Positions 46,282 through 58,807 of a stretch of 64,000 nt of DNA are shown here, piece after piece. The notes under the pieces were generated by a model. It saw nothing but the letters and a program-made list of their open reading frames with translations. It did no database searches and was not told the origin of the DNA. The DNA lies in assembly GCA_003281525.1 (NCBI GenBank), contig QCBT01000004.1:1618-65617 (forward strand). Reading direction: 5' to 3'. The DNA is from Prochlorococcus sp. AG-347-J06. Lineage in GTDB: Bacteria; Cyanobacteriota; Cyanobacteriia; PCC-6307; Cyanobiaceae. The position numbers were made by a program, and so were the translations under genes. Numbering within the stretch: position 1 is the first letter of the stretch; each line of letters begins with the position of its first letter.

Positions 46282-47103
46282 CTAAGCAGCCGAGGAAGAG
46301 GTAGTACTTACCTCAAGATTTTCTATAGGCAATTGAGCTAAGCCACCATCAGGGATTATTCTTTTAATTTGAATTGGACCATATAAGGAATTAATTTGTT
46401 TAATTTCAATTTTGTTTTCAGATGATAAAAATAACAAAGCCCAAAAAACTCCCAAACGATCTTTATCTAAATCATTTTTTACTACTGTTTGCCATTTCTT
46501 TACTAAATATTCAAAATCTATCCATTGTAATGCTTTTTCCCATCCTTCAATAAATTTCCCTAGTGCTTTAGTGGTTTCTGGAAGTTTCTCGCGATGAGCT
46601 AATGACTTTACATGAGAAATTAAAGACTTATCAGAATATTTTTTATTTCTTTTTCTCTTCATGAGTAGAAGATCTTGGGTTTCTATAACTTCTGCTATAG
46701 ACTCTAACTGACTTACAAGTTCTCCTAATGTTGTTGTACGTTTAAGAATTGGTTGTGCAATTGATCTTCTCCTTAGATATTTTTCAGGATATTTTGGAAT
46801 ATCAAATTCTTTATCGATCCAATCTTGATCATCCGAATCAAATTCATCATCGAAATCGGAAGAATTTTCTTTGAAAACATCAGATTCCAAAACCTGAGCC
46901 TTAAGATTAACAAGTACGGAAGCTGCAAAAAATGCTTCGCTGGTCTCAGCTAAATCCTTATGATATGAGATTTGTCTATTTGAAGATTGATTAAAAGTAT
47001 GTGCATATTGCTCTAAAAAACTATCAATTACACTTATTACATCAATATCCCATGGATCAAGCTCACCTTTACCTGCGGCATCTTGAAGAAACTTAATCAA
47101 CAA
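46282..47103 (-). CDS. scpA: Segregation/condensation protein A (kleisin); start uncertain
   Basis: GELDPWDIDV, ASVLVNLKA, VFWALLFL..E.KI...Q. Confidence 0.85.
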   Translation of the reverse strand: MLIKFLQDAAGKGELDPWDIDVISVIDSFLEQYAHTFNQSSNRQISYHKDLAETSEAFFAASVLVNLKAQVLESDVFKENSSDFDDEFDSDDQDWIDKEFDIPKYPEKYLRRRSIAQPILKRTTTLGELVSQLESIAEVIETQDLLLMKRKRNKKYSDKSLISHVKSLAHREKLPETTKALGKFIEGWEKALQWIDFEYLVKKWQTVVKNDLDKDRLGVFWALLFLSSENKIEIKQINSLYGPIQIKRIIPDGGLAQLPIENLEVSTTSSSAA

Positions 47104-47225
47104 TCTAGGGCCTAATTGCTGCCTATCAATAGGATTGAAGTAGGATATTTTGAAATAGATAAAATCTATTCACAAGATATCTTTTAATTTATTTAATGCC
47201 AAACAATATTGCATTAATTTAAAAA

Positions 47226-48866
47226 TTATATTGTTGGAGCTTTTAGGATGTCATTTGTTTTAGTTCCTGAAAAAATATTTGTTTTAACAGCACCTTTAAC
47301 TGCAGTTATATCTCGATCGACCAAATTATTGATAGATGCAATGTAACTTTCAGTAACTAATCTTGGGTACAAACCTATTCCAATAATCGGTAAAAGTAAA
47401 CAAGCAATAATATAAACTTCCCTTGGCTCTGCATCTATAAGTTTTCGTTCTTCGATTAATTTAGGATTTTCTTTACCAAAGAAAATTTCTCGTAACATTG
47501 AAAGTAGATAAATAGGAGTAAGTATTACACCGATAGCAGCTAAAGAGGCCATCACCACCCTAAAGGGAAGTGTATAAACTTCATCAGTAACAAATCCTGT
47601 AAATACCATCAATTCGGAAACAAATCCACTCATGCCAGGCAAAGCTAGAGAAGCTAGGGAGCAAGCAGTCCATAGGGCAAACATAATTCTCATTTTTTGT
47701 CCTACACCACTCATTTCATCAAGTTTAAGAGTCTTTGTTCTGTCATATGTGGCCCCAACAAGAAAAAATAAACTTGCACCTATTAGTCCATGACTAACCA
47801 TTTGCAGCATTGCTCCGCTTGTTCCAAGGCTACTAAAACTCCCTATACCAATAAGAACAAAACCCATATGACTTATCGAACTGTATGCAATTTTTCTTTT
47901 AAGATTTCTTTGAGCAAAAGAAGTTAATGCAGCATAAATTATATTAACAACCCCTAGAACTATTAATAAAGGGGCAAATTGAGCATGAGCAACAGGTAAT
48001 AATTGTGCATTAAATCTTAAAAGAGCATATCCTCCCATCTTTAATAAAATTCCTGCTAAAAGCATATGAACAGGAGCTGTAGCCTCTCCATGAGCGTCTG
48101 GTAGCCAAGTATGAAGAGGTACTATTGGTAGTTTTACACCAAATGCAATTAGAAGCCCTACGTAACATAATATTTGGAATTTTTGACTAAAATCTTGGGC
48201 TGCCAAATGAGAAAACTCAAAGTTAGGAATTTCTGTACCATAAAAACCCATTGCTAACGCTGCAAGAAGAATGAAAATAGAACTGCCAGCTGTATAAATA
48301 ATGAATTTTGTTGCTGCATACTGTCGATTTTTGCCACCCCATATAGCCAGTAATAAATAAACTGGAATTAACTCAAGTTCCCAAGTCAGAAAGAATAAAA
48401 GCATATCTTGTACAGCAAACACAGCGATTTGCCCACCATCCATAACCAATATCAAAAAGAAAAATAACTTTGGTTTGAACTTGACTGGCCATGCAGCAAG
48501 AACTGCTAAAGCAGTTATAAAACTAGTCAATAAGATTAACGGCATAGAAATGCCATCAGCGCCAACAGACCAAGTAAGACCTAAATCAGGGAGCCAACTA
48601 ATATTTTCTTTAAGTTGAACATTTTCATTACTAATATCAAAGCCATTAATATATGAGCCTACAGTTATTAAAAAAGTTATTAATGCAATAGACAATGCAA
48701 ACCATCTAACCTCTTTGCCATCCCCTTTGTCTGGGAAAAAAGGTATCACAAATGCACTACCAATTGGGAATAAAATTGAAGCAGATAACCAAGGGAAATT
48801 AGACAATCCAGCTCCCAAAGTTCCCAACATTTGTGTCGCAAAATGTGTATAAAAGTAAGTACTCAA
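47226..48866 (-). CDS. ndhD: NDH-1 subunit D (NdhD1)
   Basis: [34 protein letters not shown]; start may be ATG 48830. Confidence 0.97.
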   Translation of the reverse strand: MSTYFYTHFATQMLGTLGAGLSNFPWLSASILFPIGSAFVIPFFPDKGDGKEVRWFALSIALITFLITVGSYINGFDISNENVQLKENISWLPDLGLTWSVGADGISMPLILLTSFITALAVLAAWPVKFKPKLFFFLILVMDGGQIAVFAVQDMLLFFLTWELELIPVYLLLAIWGGKNRQYAATKFIIYTAGSSIFILLAALAMGFYGTEIPNFEFSHLAAQDFSQKFQILCYVGLLIAFGVKLPIVPLHTWLPDAHGEATAPVHMLLAGILLKMGGYALLRFNAQLLPVAHAQFAPLLIVLGVVNIIYAALTSFAQRNLKRKIAYSSISHMGFVLIGIGSFSSLGTSGAMLQMVSHGLIGASLFFLVGATYDRTKTLKLDEMSGVGQKMRIMFALWTACSLASLALPGMSGFVSELMVFTGFVTDEVYTLPFRVVMASLAAIGVILTPIYLLSMLREIFFGKENPKLIEERKLIDAEPREVYIIACLLLPIIGIGLYPRLVTESYIASINNLVDRDITAVKGAVKTNIFSGTKTNDILKAPTI

Positions 48867-48951
48867 TTTAATAAGAAATTTATCTTAAATAAAGTCTAGA
48901 AATTTTCTGTATTTTTTCACCCCAACGGACAGTGAAGACACACAATTGTAA

Positions 48952-50973
48952 TTAAGATACTTGAGGAGATTGAAAACCAAATAAAGCCACTAGTAAAATT
49001 ACACCTCCAAAAACAATAAGCGCATAAAATTGAGCCCTACCAGTCTCAAAATATTTTAAACCTTCTCCACTACCTAAAGTTACAAGTCCAGTAAGATTTA
49101 CGACGCCATCAACTACCTTAGAATCAACCTCTAAAACTTCTTTAGCAAGTTTTCTACTACCCTTAACAAAAAGCTTTTCATTAATTTCATCTAGATACCA
49201 TTTATTGGATAAAAATCGGTTGATGCTAGGAAACTTTTTAGCAAATAAAACTGATAAATTAATTTTTTTCACAAAATATGCCTGATAAGCAATAATGATT
49301 CCAGCTGTTGCAATAAGTACTGACGAAAGTGCTAAAGGCAAAAATTCTTTTAATTCAAAGGCTTTTGCAGCAGTCTCTGCCTCTTCAGGATCTAGCAAAT
49401 TTGCAATTTTGCTATCCCATGGAAGTCCCATAAAACCGATAATTACAGACGGTACAGCTAGAAATACTAAGGGAAATGTCATTGACCAGGGTGACTCATG
49501 AATAGAGCCATGTTCTTCATGCTCTTCTCCATTTTCTTCATCTAAGTTTGTTTTAGAGGCTATTAAAAGTTCTTTTTGCAATTCTTTATTCTCCCCTCTG
49601 AAATCTCCTTCAAATGTCAAGAAATAAAGCCTAAACATATAAAAAGCAGTCATGCCAGCTGTTAAAAGTCCTACGAACCAAAAAGCTGGAAATGATATAA
49701 AAGCATTTCCTAGTATCTCGTCTTTACTCCAAAAACCTGCCAATGGGGGAATTCCACTAATTGCTACACAACCTATTAAAAATGTTGTTGATGTATAGGG
49801 CATTTTTTTTCTTAAACCGCCCATCAATCTCATATCTTGAGCTAATACAGGCTGATGCCCAACTACTTCTTCCATAGCATGTATTACTGAACCAGATCCC
49901 AAAAATAACATTGCTTTGAAGCAAGCATGAGTCACTAAATGAAAAATTCCTGCTACTGGTGCTCCACAACCCATTGCGAGCATCATATATCCAAGCTGAG
50001 AAACTGTGCTGTACGCTAAACCTTTTTTTAAATCCATTTGGGTCAAAGCTATAGAGGCTCCTAAAAAACAAGTAATGGTACCAACTAAAGCGATAATGAA
50101 CTGAATTGAGGGGAATATTGAATACAAAGGTTGAAGTCTTGCTACAAGAAATATTCCTGCTGCAACCATTGTTGCAGCATGGATAAGTGCAGAAATAGGT
50201 GTAGGGCCCTCCATCGCATCAGGTAACCAGACATGAAGCGGAAACTGAGCAGATTTAGCCATTGGCCCTAAAAAAACTAAAAAACAAAGTAATAAAGCAG
50301 CCCAAATGGGTATCGAATTGTCAGATATTGATTGAGAAATTCCAGTAGCTATTTCATTAAAATCAAAACTATTTGTTGCCCAAAATAGGCCAAGAATTCC
50401 TAGTAATAACCCAAAATCTCCCACTCTATTTACAACAAATGCTTTTTGTGCAGCGTGTGCAGCGCCATCCCTGTCATACCAAAAACCAACTAATAAATAA
50501 GAACACATCCCAACTAATTCCCAAAAAACATAAATTTCTAATAAATTCGGACTAACTATTAATCCCATCATTGAACTACTAAAAAGTGCTAGATACGTAA
50601 AAAATCTGACATAACCTTTATCATGCGCCATGTAACCATGAGAGTAAATCATTACCAGCAAAGTTATAGTAGTAACTAACGCAAGCATTACACTCCCAAT
50701 AGGATCAAGGACAAATCCCATTGGAATTGTGAAATCCCCAGCATTGGCCCATACAAATAATTTTTCTACTGATTGATAACCATTCACTTGTTCAATTAAA
50801 GCTTTATAACTAATTACTGCAGAAATCCCAACGAAAGAAATCAGACCTACAGAAACAATTTCTCTTGAATTATTAATTTTCTTATTGATGCTTATTAGTC
50901 CTAAGCCAGAAAGCACTGCTCCAATAAGAGGGAAAACGGGAATTAACCAGGCAATTTCTGAAGCTTGTGGCAT
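48952..50973 (-). CDS. ndhF: NDH-1 subunit F (NdhF1)
   Basis: AKSAQFPLHVWLPDAMEGPTPISALIHAATMV. Confidence 0.98.
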   Translation of the reverse strand: MPQASEIAWLIPVFPLIGAVLSGLGLISINKKINNSREIVSVGLISFVGISAVISYKALIEQVNGYQSVEKLFVWANAGDFTIPMGFVLDPIGSVMLALVTTITLLVMIYSHGYMAHDKGYVRFFTYLALFSSSMMGLIVSPNLLEIYVFWELVGMCSYLLVGFWYDRDGAAHAAQKAFVVNRVGDFGLLLGILGLFWATNSFDFNEIATGISQSISDNSIPIWAALLLCFLVFLGPMAKSAQFPLHVWLPDAMEGPTPISALIHAATMVAAGIFLVARLQPLYSIFPSIQFIIALVGTITCFLGASIALTQMDLKKGLAYSTVSQLGYMMLAMGCGAPVAGIFHLVTHACFKAMLFLGSGSVIHAMEEVVGHQPVLAQDMRLMGGLRKKMPYTSTTFLIGCVAISGIPPLAGFWSKDEILGNAFISFPAFWFVGLLTAGMTAFYMFRLYFLTFEGDFRGENKELQKELLIASKTNLDEENGEEHEEHGSIHESPWSMTFPLVFLAVPSVIIGFMGLPWDSKIANLLDPEEAETAAKAFELKEFLPLALSSVLIATAGIIIAYQAYFVKKINLSVLFAKKFPSINRFLSNKWYLDEINEKLFVKGSRKLAKEVLEVDSKVVDGVVNLTGLVTLGSGEGLKYFETGRAQFYALIVFGGVILLVALFGFQSPQVS

Positions 50974-51006
50974 TTTTCAAAGTACTTGTATTTCGATTTT
51001 AAACTG

Positions 51007-51735
51007 TCAATTGAAAAATTCAGACAAAAATGATGAATTAAATGTTTTAACAGCAATATTTATGTATTGATGAGACCACCAAAGTACGCATATTGCAATT
51101 AATATACCCAATTGAGATAACCTAAAAAATTCTTTAATCTTAAATTCTTGCCTCCCCTCAATTATTGCCATGAACGGGATTATCGAAGTATTTTTTTTAA
51201 AATTTTCAAATTCTTCGCCAAATCTATTTGCTAATCTCTTGTCGCCATGCCAGATTGCAAAAAGATGATGCAAAACTAAGCCAATAGAAGTTACTAATGT
51301 GAATGATGTACCAATCCATAAAGTATGAGCAAAACACCAAATTATCTGACCAAATGCTTGTGGGTGTCTTGTGATTCGCATTATCCCAGTTCCATAGATT
51401 CGTACTTTAGGTTTTAAAACCGAAGGAATTTCTAGCAAATTGTAAGTAGCGGGATATAAAAATAAAAAACTTATAGCAGTTAAGAACCAAACGACCATAA
51501 ACACATAATTATTGCCCTGTAAATTCCATAATCTGATTCCGTCATATCTATGAGCCAAAAAATAACTAATCAAGATAATTGCAGATGGCAAACTTAAAAA
51601 AACAAAACATAACCGCCATAATCTAGGACCCATAATAGATTCTGCTTTGATTCTTAAAGCAGCACCCCCACTATGAATCACCGCAAAAATCAAAATCAAA
51701 AGTAAGATAATTAAGGAAGTTTTATGAGTCTCCAT
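51007..51735 (-). CDS. NnrU-family 15-cis-zeta-carotene isomerase (Z-ISO)
   Basis: HSGGAALR, HRYDG, GIMRITRHPQ, HHLF..WHGD; start placed at ATG 51735 (track 51789). Confidence 0.82.
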   Translation of the reverse strand: METHKTSLIILLLILIFAVIHSGGAALRIKAESIMGPRLWRLCFVFLSLPSAIILISYFLAHRYDGIRLWNLQGNNYVFMVVWFLTAISFLFLYPATYNLLEIPSVLKPKVRIYGTGIMRITRHPQAFGQIIWCFAHTLWIGTSFTLVTSIGLVLHHLFAIWHGDKRLANRFGEEFENFKKNTSIIPFMAIIEGRQEFKIKEFFRLSQLGILIAICVLWWSHQYINIAVKTFNSSFLSEFFN

Positions 51736-51819
51736 AATATTAAGATTGTTCAAATAATTTTTGTTCTTAACAAGAATGCTCTTAAGCATTAGAATTATAA
51801 GAAACTGTAGGCATAATAG

Positions 51820-52764
51820 ATGCCAGAATTACCATTTACACTTGACCAATTAAGAATATTAAAAGCTATAGCAGCTCAAGGAAGTTTTAAAAAAGCTGCA
51901 GATCTCTTATATGTAACCCAACCTGCTGTGAGTTTACAAATACAAAATTTAGAAAAACAACTTGAAATAACAATTTTCGACAGAGGTGGTAGGAAGGCTC
52001 TATTGACTGAAGCAGGGAGACTATTACTTGAATATTGTGAACGAATTTTGAATCAATGCGACGAAGCCTGTAAAGCTATTGAGGATTTAAATAGCTTAAA
52101 AGGTGGAACTCTTGTTATTGGAGCGAGCCAAACAACCGGTACCTATTTAATGCCTAGAATGATAGGACTATTCAGACAAAAATACCCTGATGTATCCGTT
52201 CAGCTTCAAGTTCATAGTACTAGAAGAACTGGTTGGAGTGTCGCCAATGGACAAATTGACTTAGCCATTATTGGCGGACAATTACCTGGAGATTTGGAAA
52301 ATTTGCTACAAGTAATTCCATATGCCACTGATGAATTGGCATTAGTTTTACCATCTAAACATCCACTTTCGACCAAAAAAGAGCTTCTAAAAGAAGACTT
52401 ATACAAATTAAATTTTGTAACACTAGACTCACAATCTACAACAAGAAAAGTTGTTGACAAACTTCTCCAAGATTCTGGGCTTGATATTCAAAGATTAAAA
52501 ATTGAGATGGAACTGAACTCTCTTGAAGCAATCAAGAATGCAGTTCAATCAGGTTTAGGAGCTTCCTTTTTGCCTGTTGTTTCTATTGAAAGAGAATTAT
52601 CGGCTGGAACAATCCACAAAGCATTCGTTGCTGATTTAGAGGTTAAAAGAGAACTTAAATTAATTACAAATCCGTCAAGATATACATCAAGGGCATCAGA
52701 AGTATTTAAGAAAAACATTCTTCCACAATTTGCTAGTTTAGAAAGCCCTTTGAGGCATATATAA
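51820..52764 (+). CDS. rbcR: LysR regulator RbcR/Ycf30
   Basis: [30 protein letters not shown]; [12 protein letters not shown]. Confidence 0.9.
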   Translation: MPELPFTLDQLRILKAIAAQGSFKKAADLLYVTQPAVSLQIQNLEKQLEITIFDRGGRKALLTEAGRLLLEYCERILNQCDEACKAIEDLNSLKGGTLVIGASQTTGTYLMPRMIGLFRQKYPDVSVQLQVHSTRRTGWSVANGQIDLAIIGGQLPGDLENLLQVIPYATDELALVLPSKHPLSTKKELLKEDLYKLNFVTLDSQSTTRKVVDKLLQDSGLDIQRLKIEMELNSLEAIKNAVQSGLGASFLPVVSIERELSAGTIHKAFVADLEVKRELKLITNPSRYTSRASEVFKKNILPQFASLESPLRHI

Positions 52765-52770
52765 TTTTAA

Positions 52771-53394
52771 TCAAAACTGAATAGCTTCTTTGTTAATACC
52801 TACCCCTCCATCTTCGGCTTGTCCATCACCTTTTATTATAAATTTATTTTCATTTACATCAGTCTGATAAACGCACTTAACTATTGGCTTATCTCTTATA
52901 GAACCAATATAAGCAAAAGTATTCATCCTTTGCTTACATTCTCTTACATCTTCATTACTAATTGCGCCCTGTTTTTGTAAAACCGTCCAATTCTCTCTTC
53001 TAATCACACACCCTGGCTGAAGAGCTGGTTGCGTTACAAAACTCGTAGATGGATTTAGAGTCGTATACATTTCAACATCAATTACAAAAGCACTAGCTCC
53101 CCATTGTCTGCAAAATTCAGGGTCTGGAACAGCCATATCTAATTGTTGTTGACTTGCTATATTTCCCTGTCCTCCATCCGTTGTACTGGTAATAGCGCTC
53201 CCAATACCAACTCCTAAAATTAGTACTCCAGCAAGTACGGCAATGGTACCTGTACTAAAGTTAATCTTTTGTTCAGAAGAAGCAGGTAATCTATTGTTTC
53301 TTTGACCGTACGAATCCATGTCCCTTGGATTTGGAGGATAATAATTTCTATTTGTGCCTCTCCTTGGCCTTCTATTTGAAGATGATCTATTCAC
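52771..53394 (-). CDS. DUF3172-like cyanobacterial membrane protein
   Basis: One TM helix; [21 protein letters not shown] Cys pattern. Confidence 0.75.
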   Translation of the reverse strand: MNRSSSNRRPRRGTNRNYYPPNPRDMDSYGQRNNRLPASSEQKINFSTGTIAVLAGVLILGVGIGSAITSTTDGGQGNIASQQQLDMAVPDPEFCRQWGASAFVIDVEMYTTLNPSTSFVTQPALQPGCVIRRENWTVLQKQGAISNEDVRECKQRMNTFAYIGSIRDKPIVKCVYQTDVNENKFIIKGDGQAEDGGVGINKEAIQF

Positions 53395-53738
53395 AGCACT
53401 TCATTTGTCTTTGGTAAACCCATTGAATAATTCATGACTCTACAATCAGGGTTATAACTTAACTGACCATTTTGAAGCAAAAATTTAATTAAACCTTCGA
53501 TTTCTGATCCTATTTTTCGAAGTTCATAATCATCCAAATCCTTTCCTGCTCTTTCTTTTATTAATTCATTAAATTTTTCATTTATTTTGTTTAGAGAGTC
53601 ATTGTTCCAAATAAATTCATTATCGGGATCTAGATCAAGAGTTAGTTTATTGGGATGAAACTTTAATTCTTCATCTACCACTTCGGCAGTAAAAATTCGT
53701 ACATGTCTAGTAGTCGATTTTAAAAGCATTTTTTCCAT
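53391..53738 (-). CDS. ndhM: NDH-1 subunit M
   Basis: [29 protein letters not shown]. Confidence 0.96.
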   Translation of the reverse strand: MEKMLLKSTTRHVRIFTAEVVDEELKFHPNKLTLDLDPDNEFIWNNDSLNKINEKFNELIKERAGKDLDDYELRKIGSEIEGLIKFLLQNGQLSYNPDCRVMNYSMGLPKTNEVL

Positions 53739-53786
53739 AATTTTACTAAATAATCAACGAAAAAAATTATTATGTTCTAACTTTAA

Positions 53787-55214
<1,428 letters not shown>

Positions 55215-55262
55215 AATGTCTCTTCATAACGTTTACAAAACCTTAAATTTAGCTAAAACTTT

Positions 55263-56171
55263 TTGAAAAATTCAATTTCTCAACTAGATCAAGCATATGA
55301 GATATGCCGCAAAGAAACTCAACAATGGGCTAAAACCTTTTACTTGGGAACGCTTCTATTACCTTATCAAAAGAGAAAAGCTATCTGGGCTATTTACGTA
55401 TGGTGTAGAAGAACAGATGAAATAATGGATAGCGTAGAAGCCTCAACTAAATCACAAGATGAGCTTTCAGATAATTTAGATGAATGGGAAGAAAATACTA
55501 AAAATGTATTTAAAGGTAATATTAAGTCTGAATTAGACTCAGTTTTATTAGATACCATCGAGAAATATCCACAAAGTATTCAACCCTATTTAGACATGAT
55601 AGATGGCCAAAGAATGGATCTGAATAAATTTAGATACAAAAATTTTGATGAATTAAAACTCTATTGTTATAGAGTGGCAGGAACTGTTGGTTTAATGACT
55701 CAAAATGTAATGGGGATTGACAGTGCTTATACATCAGCCCCATGGAGTGCAATGCCTGACCCCTCTGAAGCCGCTATAGCACTAGGAATTGCAAATCAAT
55801 TAACCAATATATTAAGAGATGTGGGAGAAGATATAAACAGAGGAAGAATTTATCTCCCACAAGAAGATATTGAAAATTTTAATTATTCTGAAGAAGAACT
55901 TTTAAAAGGAAAAATAAACAAGCAGTGGAAAGCACTTATGAACTTTCAATTAACAAGGGCTCGCGAATGGTTCCAAAAGTCTGAGGATGGTATCAAGTGG
56001 CTATCTTCTGACGCAAGATGGCCAGTATGGACATCTTTAAGACTTTACAGAGGAATATTAGATTCTATTGAAAGATTAGATTATGACGTCTTTAACAATA
56101 GGGCTTTTGTAAAAAATTCAGTAAAAGCTCTTGAGATTCCAATATCTTTTTTAATTTCTAGAATTAAGTAA
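55263..56171 (+). CDS. crtB: Phytoene synthase
   Basis: AKTFYLGT, WCRRTDE, YCYRVAGTVG, NQLTNILRDVGED..RGRIYLP. Confidence 0.98.
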   Translation: MKNSISQLDQAYEICRKETQQWAKTFYLGTLLLPYQKRKAIWAIYVWCRRTDEIMDSVEASTKSQDELSDNLDEWEENTKNVFKGNIKSELDSVLLDTIEKYPQSIQPYLDMIDGQRMDLNKFRYKNFDELKLYCYRVAGTVGLMTQNVMGIDSAYTSAPWSAMPDPSEAAIALGIANQLTNILRDVGEDINRGRIYLPQEDIENFNYSEEELLKGKINKQWKALMNFQLTRAREWFQKSEDGIKWLSSDARWPVWTSLRLYRGILDSIERLDYDVFNNRAFVKNSVKALEIPISFLISRIK

Positions 56172-56178
56172 TAAGTAA

Positions 56179-56598
56179 CTAAGCAGGCGTCTTCTGGTTA
56201 GCCAACAAATCTTTCAATTTAGATAATTCTCCAGCCCATCTTGGATCAGGAGCTTCGAGGTTAGGAGCATCACTATGAACAATTTTCTTAAAGTCTTTCC
56301 TCTTCTTATTTTTATTTAATTTTCCACCATTTCTTTTATTTGAAGCAGAATCTTTCTTTTCTGATAGCTCTACTCTTAATTTAGAACCATTAAATTCAAA
56401 GCCGTTTAACTTTTGAATTAATAAATTAGCATTTTCTTCATTATTAGCTGTAGCGAAACCAAACCCCCTGCATTCCTTAGTTTCCTTATCTAGAACTGCT
56501 TTAAATCTAATCGAATCAGAAACTGACTTTAAAAGTGTATCAAATTCTTTTGGATTAAATCCTTGTGGTAAGTTGCCAATGTAAATGCGAATGCTCAT
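56179..56598 (-). CDS. RRM RNA-binding protein (Rbp3-like)
   Basis: RNP2 IYIGNL, RNP1 RGFGF, C-terminal PDPRWA. Confidence 0.9.
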   Translation of the reverse strand: MSIRIYIGNLPQGFNPKEFDTLLKSVSDSIRFKAVLDKETKECRGFGFATANNEENANLLIQKLNGFEFNGSKLRVELSEKKDSASNKRNGGKLNKNKKRKDFKKIVHSDAPNLEAPDPRWAGELSKLKDLLANQKTPA

Positions 56599-56656
56599 AA
56601 ATTTTTAAAAATGATTTTGAAGTCTGAACTTCTAGACAAAACTAAGCTATGTGTAT

Positions 56657-57874
56657 TTAATCACATTTTGGTGCATTTTGTTCAATCCATCGCTTTGCTT
56701 TATAAATAGCTTCATCAAAATTATTTAATCTCTTATATGCAAGTTCCTCAGAAAGATACTGTAAAAGCTCTCCTATGATAGGCCCATCCTTTATTTTAAA
56801 ATTTTTTTTGATTTCGTCACCATTCAGTAAGTTTGAAGGATGAAATAATTTATCATCATTATCACGCCATCTGCGAAGCCAATTTAATCGTAAGTTTTGA
56901 GGTAAATGAAAAATAAAAGATGGAAGAAACATCTCTAATTCTTTATGTAATGCAAATCTATCTGATTCAGATAACTGAGCAATATTTTTTTTCTCCAATA
57001 AAAAGTGCCATTTTCTTAATAACTTAGTTTTTGCAATTTCAGCTTTACTAAATTTAAGTTTCTCTAAAGATATAACATCTAAAATTTGAGCAATAAAAAA
57101 TGATGGTAAAAATTTTTCTTTTTCTTCCTGATTAAGTTCTACATAATTAATTTTCTCTAAATCCAAAAAAAAAGAATCTTCAGATAAATTATCAGTAGGA
57201 AATATATTCAATTTTTTTATCAACAATATTGCATCAAGAGCGTTGGCTCCATGAACTATTTTCTGTATTTCATAATTAATCCTCTCTTTAGCAACAAGAT
57301 ATAATTTCCCTTTATTTTTTTTTATGAAAGTAATTAAATTAAGATCAACTTTAAAATTCAATTCTGAAACAAATCGAAAACATCTTAATATTCGTAAAGG
57401 ATCATTTAATAAATTGTTTTCAGAATGAGTTCTAAGCAAAGAAATATCTAGATCTTTAAGACCATTTAATGGGTCAACCAAACACTTCTTATCAAATAAA
57501 AAAGCAATTGAATTAATCGAAAAGTCTCTAGAACACAAATCTCCTTCTATCGTAGATGAAACCTGATTAGCAATATCAATAAAAATATGATTAAGAATAA
57601 TTCTTACTACTTCCCTTTCCTTATCTAAGATTATAAGTTTAGATTTAATATTCTCTGCAATCATTTTCCCAATTTCAATAGCATTTAAAGGTACCACAAT
57701 GTCAACATCTACCCTTTCATTTTCTCTTCCCAAAATAATATCCCTTATATAACCACCAACCAAATATGATCCTTTAGGTAAAAAACCTAATATTAAATCC
57801 AAATTATGAAATTTTATACTTGTTTCTAATTCATCAATTATTATTGTATGATCTGTTTGAATGCTACTTTTCAT
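56657..57874 (-). CDS. Class II tRNA nucleotidyltransferase, probably CC-adding
   Basis: LVGGYIRD, DVDI, RDFSINSI, DPLRILR, ERI motifs. Confidence 0.88.
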   Translation of the reverse strand: MKSSIQTDHTIIIDELETSIKFHNLDLILGFLPKGSYLVGGYIRDIILGRENERVDVDIVVPLNAIEIGKMIAENIKSKLIILDKEREVVRIILNHIFIDIANQVSSTIEGDLCSRDFSINSIAFLFDKKCLVDPLNGLKDLDISLLRTHSENNLLNDPLRILRCFRFVSELNFKVDLNLITFIKKNKGKLYLVAKERINYEIQKIVHGANALDAILLIKKLNIFPTDNLSEDSFFLDLEKINYVELNQEEKEKFLPSFFIAQILDVISLEKLKFSKAEIAKTKLLRKWHFLLEKKNIAQLSESDRFALHKELEMFLPSFIFHLPQNLRLNWLRRWRDNDDKLFHPSNLLNGDEIKKNFKIKDGPIIGELLQYLSEELAYKRLNNFDEAIYKAKRWIEQNAPKCD

Positions 57875-57888
57875 TTTATTTATTAATT

Positions 57889-58140
57889 ATGTGCATTTGC
57901 ATCAACTGTAAATGGGTTGATAGATGTATCACATATCATGATGTTGAGAATAATCATGATGTTGATCATATTTGTGATCTACCTGATTTTAAAGCAAAAA
58001 AACCATTCATACATGTAAATATAATTAAAGACAATAATGGAGATTATAAAACTGATTGGGATGTTCAATCTTGTGAAAGTTTTGAAAATGAAGTTGGTAA
58101 ATGGTCTAAGTGCAATCCAGGTATGGAATTACCTGTTTAA
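57889..58140 (+). CDS. ycf34: Ycf34-family Fe-S protein
   Basis: MCICINC.WVDRC.TYH.VE and WDV..C..F; start placed at ATG 57889. Confidence 0.9.
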   Translation: MCICINCKWVDRCITYHDVENNHDVDHICDLPDFKAKKPFIHVNIIKDNNGDYKTDWDVQSCESFENEVGKWSKCNPGMELPV

Positions 58141-58149
58141 AGGTAATAG

Positions 58150-58803
58150 ATGAAAAATATACTCAAACAAAGAGGAAATTATCCTACATTAGTGATTCAT
58201 AGCACAGACAATTCTTTTGGCTTTGGATATAGAAAAAACAATACCCTTGAATCTGATGAATTATTTATCAAAAAATTTGATAATGACCTTTGCAACAACT
58301 TAATTAATGATCTTAACAAATTCATTTCTCAAGAAAATTTACAAAAAATAAATAAGTTATCTGTCAGTATAGGGCCAGCAAATTTTAATGCTTCACGACT
58401 TATTGTAGTTTTGGCAAGAACTATCTCACAACAAATAAATTGCCCTCTAAACAGTTTTAGTTCATTTGAAATAATGGCAAAAAGAATTGCATCAAAAAAT
58501 AATATCTTTACAAACAATAAATCATTCTGGATTTACAAAAAATTAAAAAGAAAAGGCTTAATTGCAGGTAAATATGAAATTTGTCATGAAGAAAAAAACT
58601 CCTCGGATCTAATCATTCGAGAAACAGTTTTACCAAAAGTTGTCGAAGAACTTGAGAGTAAAGAACTCACTTTTGAGGCTAGTTATGATGATAAAGAAGA
58701 TTTAAAAGAACTATTAAACTTAGCAAATAAAAATTCATTAAATTCAAATTTAGATTCTTGGAGAAAAGTTTTGCCTCTTTACCCTATTTCTCCAATTAAC
58801 TAA
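58150..58803 (+). CDS. tsaB: TsaB/YeaZ-like protein (divergent)
   Basis: VSIGPANFNASR resembles GPGSFTG.R; ARTISQQ; C-terminal LPLYP. Confidence 0.7.
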   Translation: MKNILKQRGNYPTLVIHSTDNSFGFGYRKNNTLESDELFIKKFDNDLCNNLINDLNKFISQENLQKINKLSVSIGPANFNASRLIVVLARTISQQINCPLNSFSSFEIMAKRIASKNNIFTNNKSFWIYKKLKRKGLIAGKYEICHEEKNSSDLIIRETVLPKVVEELESKELTFEASYDDKEDLKELLNLANKNSLNSNLDSWRKVLPLYPISPIN

Positions 58804-58807
58804 AAAT

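Noticed and set aside
51736-51819. LysR T-N11-A boxes upstream of rbcR
   Set aside because: Motif too degenerate to place in this base composition
55232-55249. HLR1/RpaB-like direct repeat TTTACAAA-AC-CTTAAATT upstream of crtB
   Set aside because: Second half-site has two mismatches; expected by chance in AT-rich DNA
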